Shown piece after piece: positions 60,396 through 64,000 of a stretch of DNA of 64,000 nt; position 1 is the stretch's first letter, and the number at the start of each line of letters is the position of its first letter. The stretch is from Leptospira sp. (lineage in GTDB: Bacteria > Spirochaetota > Leptospiria > Leptospirales > Leptospiraceae). Below the pieces are notes generated by a model. The model ran no database searches. It was not told the DNA's origin and saw only the letters and a program-made list of their open reading frames with translations. The DNA is taken from contig JAWXAQ010000027.1 in assembly GCA_034439575.1 (NCBI GenBank), positions 371,681 to 435,680 on the forward strand, in the 5' to 3' direction. The position numbers and the translations under genes were made by a program.

Positions 60396-61184
60396 ATGGC
60401 AGAATATATTCTCTCTGATGAATTACGAGAGGCAGTTCAGGTGGCAGAAATTACGATGCGACCACTTTTACTCAAAGGGGAACCTGGAACAGGGAAAACT
60501 TTACTCGCAAGCCACGTAGCCGAAACCAAAAAATTGCCTTTTTTTCGCTGGCATGTCAAATCCACAAGTCTTGCAAAAGAAGGTTTATATTTCTATGATG
60601 CTGTGGCAAGATTGAATGATTCCCGTTTTCCTGAGGAAGAAGCAATGATGCGCGTACGGGATGTAAAAAATTACATACGTTTTGGAGCTCTGGGTGAGGC
60701 GTTTGCGCATCCAACACGTTCCATAGTTCTAATAGATGAAATTGATAAAGCAGATATAGAATTCCCAAATGATCTTCTTTTAGAACTAGATAAAATGGAA
60801 TTTTTCATTCCTGAAACCAAGGAACTCATCACATCAAAAGAAAGACCTATTGTCATTATCACTTCAAACAATGAAAAGGAACTACCCGATGCTTTCCTTA
60901 GACGCTGTATTTTCCATTATATCGAATTCCCAAAAAGAGATGCTATGAAAGAAATCATTTTGGCACATTACCCAAGAATTCAAACGGAATTTATGGAAAA
61001 GGCACTGGCTATGTTTTATACAATTCGCAAAATTGAATCATTAAGAAAAAAACCATCCACAAGTGAACTTCTAGATTGGATCCAAGTTTTGCTCCATACT
61101 GGTGAAACCCTGGATTCCAACCAAATTCCATTTGCTGGTACATTATTCAAATCAGAAGATGATTATAGAGTGTATCTAAACTAG
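60396..61184 (+). CDS. MoxR-family AAA+ ATPase
   Basis: GEPGTGKT Walker A, LIDEIDKAD Walker B, TSNNEKELPDAFLRRC, KKPSTSELLDW. Confidence 0.9.
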   Translation: MAEYILSDELREAVQVAEITMRPLLLKGEPGTGKTLLASHVAETKKLPFFRWHVKSTSLAKEGLYFYDAVARLNDSRFPEEEAMMRVRDVKNYIRFGALGEAFAHPTRSIVLIDEIDKADIEFPNDLLLELDKMEFFIPETKELITSKERPIVIITSNNEKELPDAFLRRCIFHYIEFPKRDAMKEIILAHYPRIQTEFMEKALAMFYTIRKIESLRKKPSTSELLDWIQVLLHTGETLDSNQIPFAGTLFKSEDDYRVYLN

Positions 61185-61186
61185 TC

Positions 61187-62395
61187 ATGTTTTTAAATTT
61201 CTTTTACAATCTCAGAAAAGAATCTATCCCTTGTTCTACGGGGGAGTTGCTTTCTTTTTTGCAAACTGTAAGAGTTTTGACAGAGCCAACTGGATTTATC
61301 TCTATAGATACATTATATAGAGTGGGCAGACTCAACTTTGCCAAAGACATAAAATACTATGATGCTTATGATTTGGGATTTGCCAAGACCTTCGCTGGAT
61401 TACAAGAGACAAAAGTCCAATTTCGAGATGAATTGTTTGAATGGTTGGACCAAAAAATTGATAAACTTCTTTCTGAGGAACAAAGAAATTTGGCACCTAA
61501 CTTATCAATGGAAGATGTTTTGAAAGAATTAGCAAAACGGCTGAAAGAACAAACAGAAAAACACGACGGTGGAAATAAATGGATTGGAACATCAGGAACA
61601 TCACCATTTGGCAATTCAGGATACAATCCGAATGGATTAAAGATAGGTGGAGAAGAGGGTGCGGGAAATAGAACAGGTGTCAGTTTGTGGACAGAACGAA
61701 ATTATAAAGCGTATAGAGAAGATGAGGTAATCGATACAAGATCTATTCAAATTGCACTCAAAGAGTTACGTTTTCTGAAAAAAGAAGGCAAAAGAGAAAT
61801 AAATCTGCAAAAAACGATAGATAAAACCTGCGAAAACGCAGGTGACATTGAAATTGTGGAAGAAAGAAATCGAAAGAATGCCCTTCGTTTGGTGCTTATC
61901 TTGGATATTGGCGGGAGTATGACACCGCATTCCGAGCGGGTAAGTAAGTTATTTAGTGCGAGCCAATCTCTATACCATTTTAAGGAAGTTCATAATTATT
62001 TTTTTCATAATATCTTTCATGACTATTTATTTGAAACTCACGAGTTTGACGGGAGAATTTCCTTAAAGCACTTTGAAGATAAATTTCGCAAAAATACAAA
62101 ATTGATTTTTGTGGGCGACGCTTATATGGCTCCTTACGAACTATTTAGTGCACCTTACAATCCTTATTCGTATCATAGAGAATCGGAAGAGGAAAAATCC
62201 CGCAAACGGAAAAGCGGCTTAGAATCATTAAAAGAATTGGTCGAAGCTTTTCCTGATTCGGTATGGTTAAACCCTGAACCCAAAAGATTTTGGTCGGCAC
62301 CAACAATAGAAGCAATTCAAGATGTTGTGCCAATGTTCCCCTTGACCATTGATGGCTTACGAAAATCAATACGTTCCTTACTTAGTAAATCTTAA
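61187..62395 (+). CDS. VWA-domain CoxE-like protein (MoxR partner)
   Basis: GNKWIGTSGTSPFG, LDIGGSM MIDAS-like motif, VGDAYMAPYEL, WLNP. Confidence 0.85.
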   Translation: MFLNFFYNLRKESIPCSTGELLSFLQTVRVLTEPTGFISIDTLYRVGRLNFAKDIKYYDAYDLGFAKTFAGLQETKVQFRDELFEWLDQKIDKLLSEEQRNLAPNLSMEDVLKELAKRLKEQTEKHDGGNKWIGTSGTSPFGNSGYNPNGLKIGGEEGAGNRTGVSLWTERNYKAYREDEVIDTRSIQIALKELRFLKKEGKREINLQKTIDKTCENAGDIEIVEERNRKNALRLVLILDIGGSMTPHSERVSKLFSASQSLYHFKEVHNYFFHNIFHDYLFETHEFDGRISLKHFEDKFRKNTKLIFVGDAYMAPYELFSAPYNPYSYHRESEEEKSRKRKSGLESLKELVEAFPDSVWLNPEPKRFWSAPTIEAIQDVVPMFPLTIDGLRKSIRSLLSKS

Positions 62396-62434
62396 ATATG
62401 TAATTTTCTGATTTTTTCTTTCGTCTTATCATAT

Positions 62435-63643
62435 ATGATAATGATTCGATACTATTCTTATACTTTAATTAAACTTATTGCCTTTGCCTTCATCTTTATT
62501 TCGTTTGGTTGTGCAAATAAAAAAGAAGTACCGCCGTATTGGATTCTAATATTACTTGGACAAGGGAATGCTGTCTCTTCTGATTCATTGGACTCTGGCG
62601 TTACCCAAGCACCAAGTTTACCTGTGGCACAACCAAATCCCCCAGATATTTCTTCTGGCACTAATGATTCAAATTCGAATGAAAATCTACCTGTTTTATT
62701 GACGATTGAATCTATTTTACCCAAAAATCAAAGCGGTGCTTGCCAAAATTTTGGTGGATTATTAGTAAGTTTCAACCAAGGAACAAGAGTTACGTGCAAT
62801 GCCTCCAATATAAATGAAGGTTGTTTTCGGGTCTCTCTTACAAATGAGGGTAACATTAGTTATATAGATCCCCGCAGTTATGTTGGATTAGAACTTCCAA
62901 TCAATAAACCAACTTCATATTTAACTTTTCCCGGTGATCAATTATCAATTTTTCATTGTTTTAATAAACAAATCCCAATTTCTGAAAAAGATATTATTCT
63001 TGTTAGTTCAAAGGGAAAAAAAGCAAATCCAAATCAGTGTTTGCAAGGTTTAAATGGAAACATTTGCCAAGACACACTCAAGTTATTTGTTGATACGGAA
63101 TTTCGATTGCCACAAAAATTAAATATTACTCATTCCGAGGAAACTCATTCGTTCCATGATCAAATTTTAGAAATAAGATATATTTCAACTACTGAAAATT
63201 ATGTTTCTTGTCTGTATGGAGCTTTCTTTGATAAAAAAGAAACCGAAACTAATCAAGTGTCTTTTCTTGCTAAAAATGTTTCAGAAAAATACAAAGTGGG
63301 ATATTGTCTTGAATGTAAGAACGGATTTTGTGATACGCAAGTGAACCAAGGATATGGACCTTTGGTTGTGGAAGATGCTTATTTAATTCCTGAAAACATG
63401 TTACTGACGGCGAGGAAATTTATTTATCTTGGAATATGGAATGGAAAAGGCAATCAAGGATATTCTGTTTCATGGAATGTAGAAGGCTATCATCCGACCC
63501 AGAGTTCATTCGATGTTTCAGAACTCGCAGCATTTATCTCTGATTCATTTGATAACCCGCGTTTCATAACAGGTCTTTTTCTTATCATTTTCAGTCTTTT
63601 TGTGGTATATCTTTTAAAATTGAGATCTTCAAGTCTAGACTAA
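62435..63643 (+). CDS. Cys-rich putative lipoprotein with a C-terminal TM helix
   Basis: ISFGC lipobox followed by KKE.PPYWILILLG; Ser/Pro/Asn linker; about 10 Cys; C-terminal FITGLFLIIFSLFVVYLL followed by KLR. Confidence 0.6.
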   Translation: MIMIRYYSYTLIKLIAFAFIFISFGCANKKEVPPYWILILLGQGNAVSSDSLDSGVTQAPSLPVAQPNPPDISSGTNDSNSNENLPVLLTIESILPKNQSGACQNFGGLLVSFNQGTRVTCNASNINEGCFRVSLTNEGNISYIDPRSYVGLELPINKPTSYLTFPGDQLSIFHCFNKQIPISEKDIILVSSKGKKANPNQCLQGLNGNICQDTLKLFVDTEFRLPQKLNITHSEETHSFHDQILEIRYISTTENYVSCLYGAFFDKKETETNQVSFLAKNVSEKYKVGYCLECKNGFCDTQVNQGYGPLVVEDAYLIPENMLLTARKFIYLGIWNGKGNQGYSVSWNVEGYHPTQSSFDVSELAAFISDSFDNPRFITGLFLIIFSLFVVYLLKLRSSSLD

Positions 63644-63687
63644 TTGCTCATTTTCATTCCTCGCGATGTCGTTAATAAAGATACGAT

Positions 63688-64000
63688 ATGGCTAATTTTT
63701 TTACTTTTTCTAGTTTTCTTATTATAGGAATCAATTTAGCCACACTTGGATTTTATTATACCTTTTATCGATATCATTTTTATCGATACTCAGAATCTTT
63801 TTTACACTATACCGCACTTTCTTTTTCTGTTTTTAGTGCGGGTATTGCATTAGCTTTTCAGGCATCTATTCTCAGTATCAATCCTTACCCTTCTCATGAA
63901 TTTAAAGCCTTAATATTGTCAGGTGGGGTCGAAGAAATTTCAAAACTTTTTGGAATTTATATTTTTTTCAGAAAGAATCAGGACAATTTTTCTGTAACCG
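63688..64000 (+). CDS. PrsW-family intramembrane protease, runs off the right edge
   Basis: Not in the ORF track; translated manually: MANFFTFSS...hydrophobic helices...SGGVEEISK (EExxK motif). Confidence 0.7.
   Translation, partial: MANFFTFSSFLIIGINLATLGFYYTFYRYHFYRYSESFLHYTALSFSVFSAGIALAFQASILSINPYPSHEFKALILSGGVEEISKLFGIYIFFRKNQDNFSVT

Noticed and set aside
1367-62724. Many 60-170 aa ORFs antisense to or nested within long genes (e.g. 24767-25219, 34225-34605, 39852-40361)
   Set aside because: They are shadows of well-supported genes, with no recognisable motifs.
1-64000. CRISPR arrays, tRNA/rRNA genes, transposases, integrases, phage or defence genes
   Set aside because: None recognised; intergenic gaps are all short (under about 150 bp). 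Small RNAs cannot be excluded without a covariance-model search.

Overview
AT-rich, densely coding 64 kb chromosomal segment, most likely from a Leptospira species. This is inferred from spirochaete-type lipoprotein signal peptides, futalosine-pathway mqnA/mqnC, a meso-DAP-type MurE (DNPR motif), the rplU-prp-rpmA-obgE-proB-proA-nadD-yqeK-LCP-rsfS order and a reduced dcw cluster. Most of the window is housekeeping. No rRNA, tRNA, CRISPR array, IS element or prophage was recognised. The best candidate for an undescribed system is a translationally coupled three-gene operon (5427-8302): a KamA-family radical SAM/PLP aminomutase, a Ddl-like ATP-grasp ligase and a heme-oxygenase-like diiron enzyme with an atypical ligand set, resembling a minimal beta-amino-acid dipeptide/natural-product pathway. 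Other notable signals: (1) an RlmL-like methyltransferase whose N-terminus has no canonical start codon and appears to start at an ATA overlapping the bacterioferritin stop; (2) an in-frame TGA in the probable N-terminus of mqnC; (3) a sigma54-type promoter and NtrC-like box upstream of a GAF-PP2C-TPR phosphatase plus amtB, with no glnK; (4) a Prp protease next to an L27 lacking the extension Prp normally cleaves; (5) several probable pseudo-enzymes; (6) a cholesterol-oxidase/hydrolase fusion with an Arg-rich insertion. All calls come from reading the sequence; no database searches were run.
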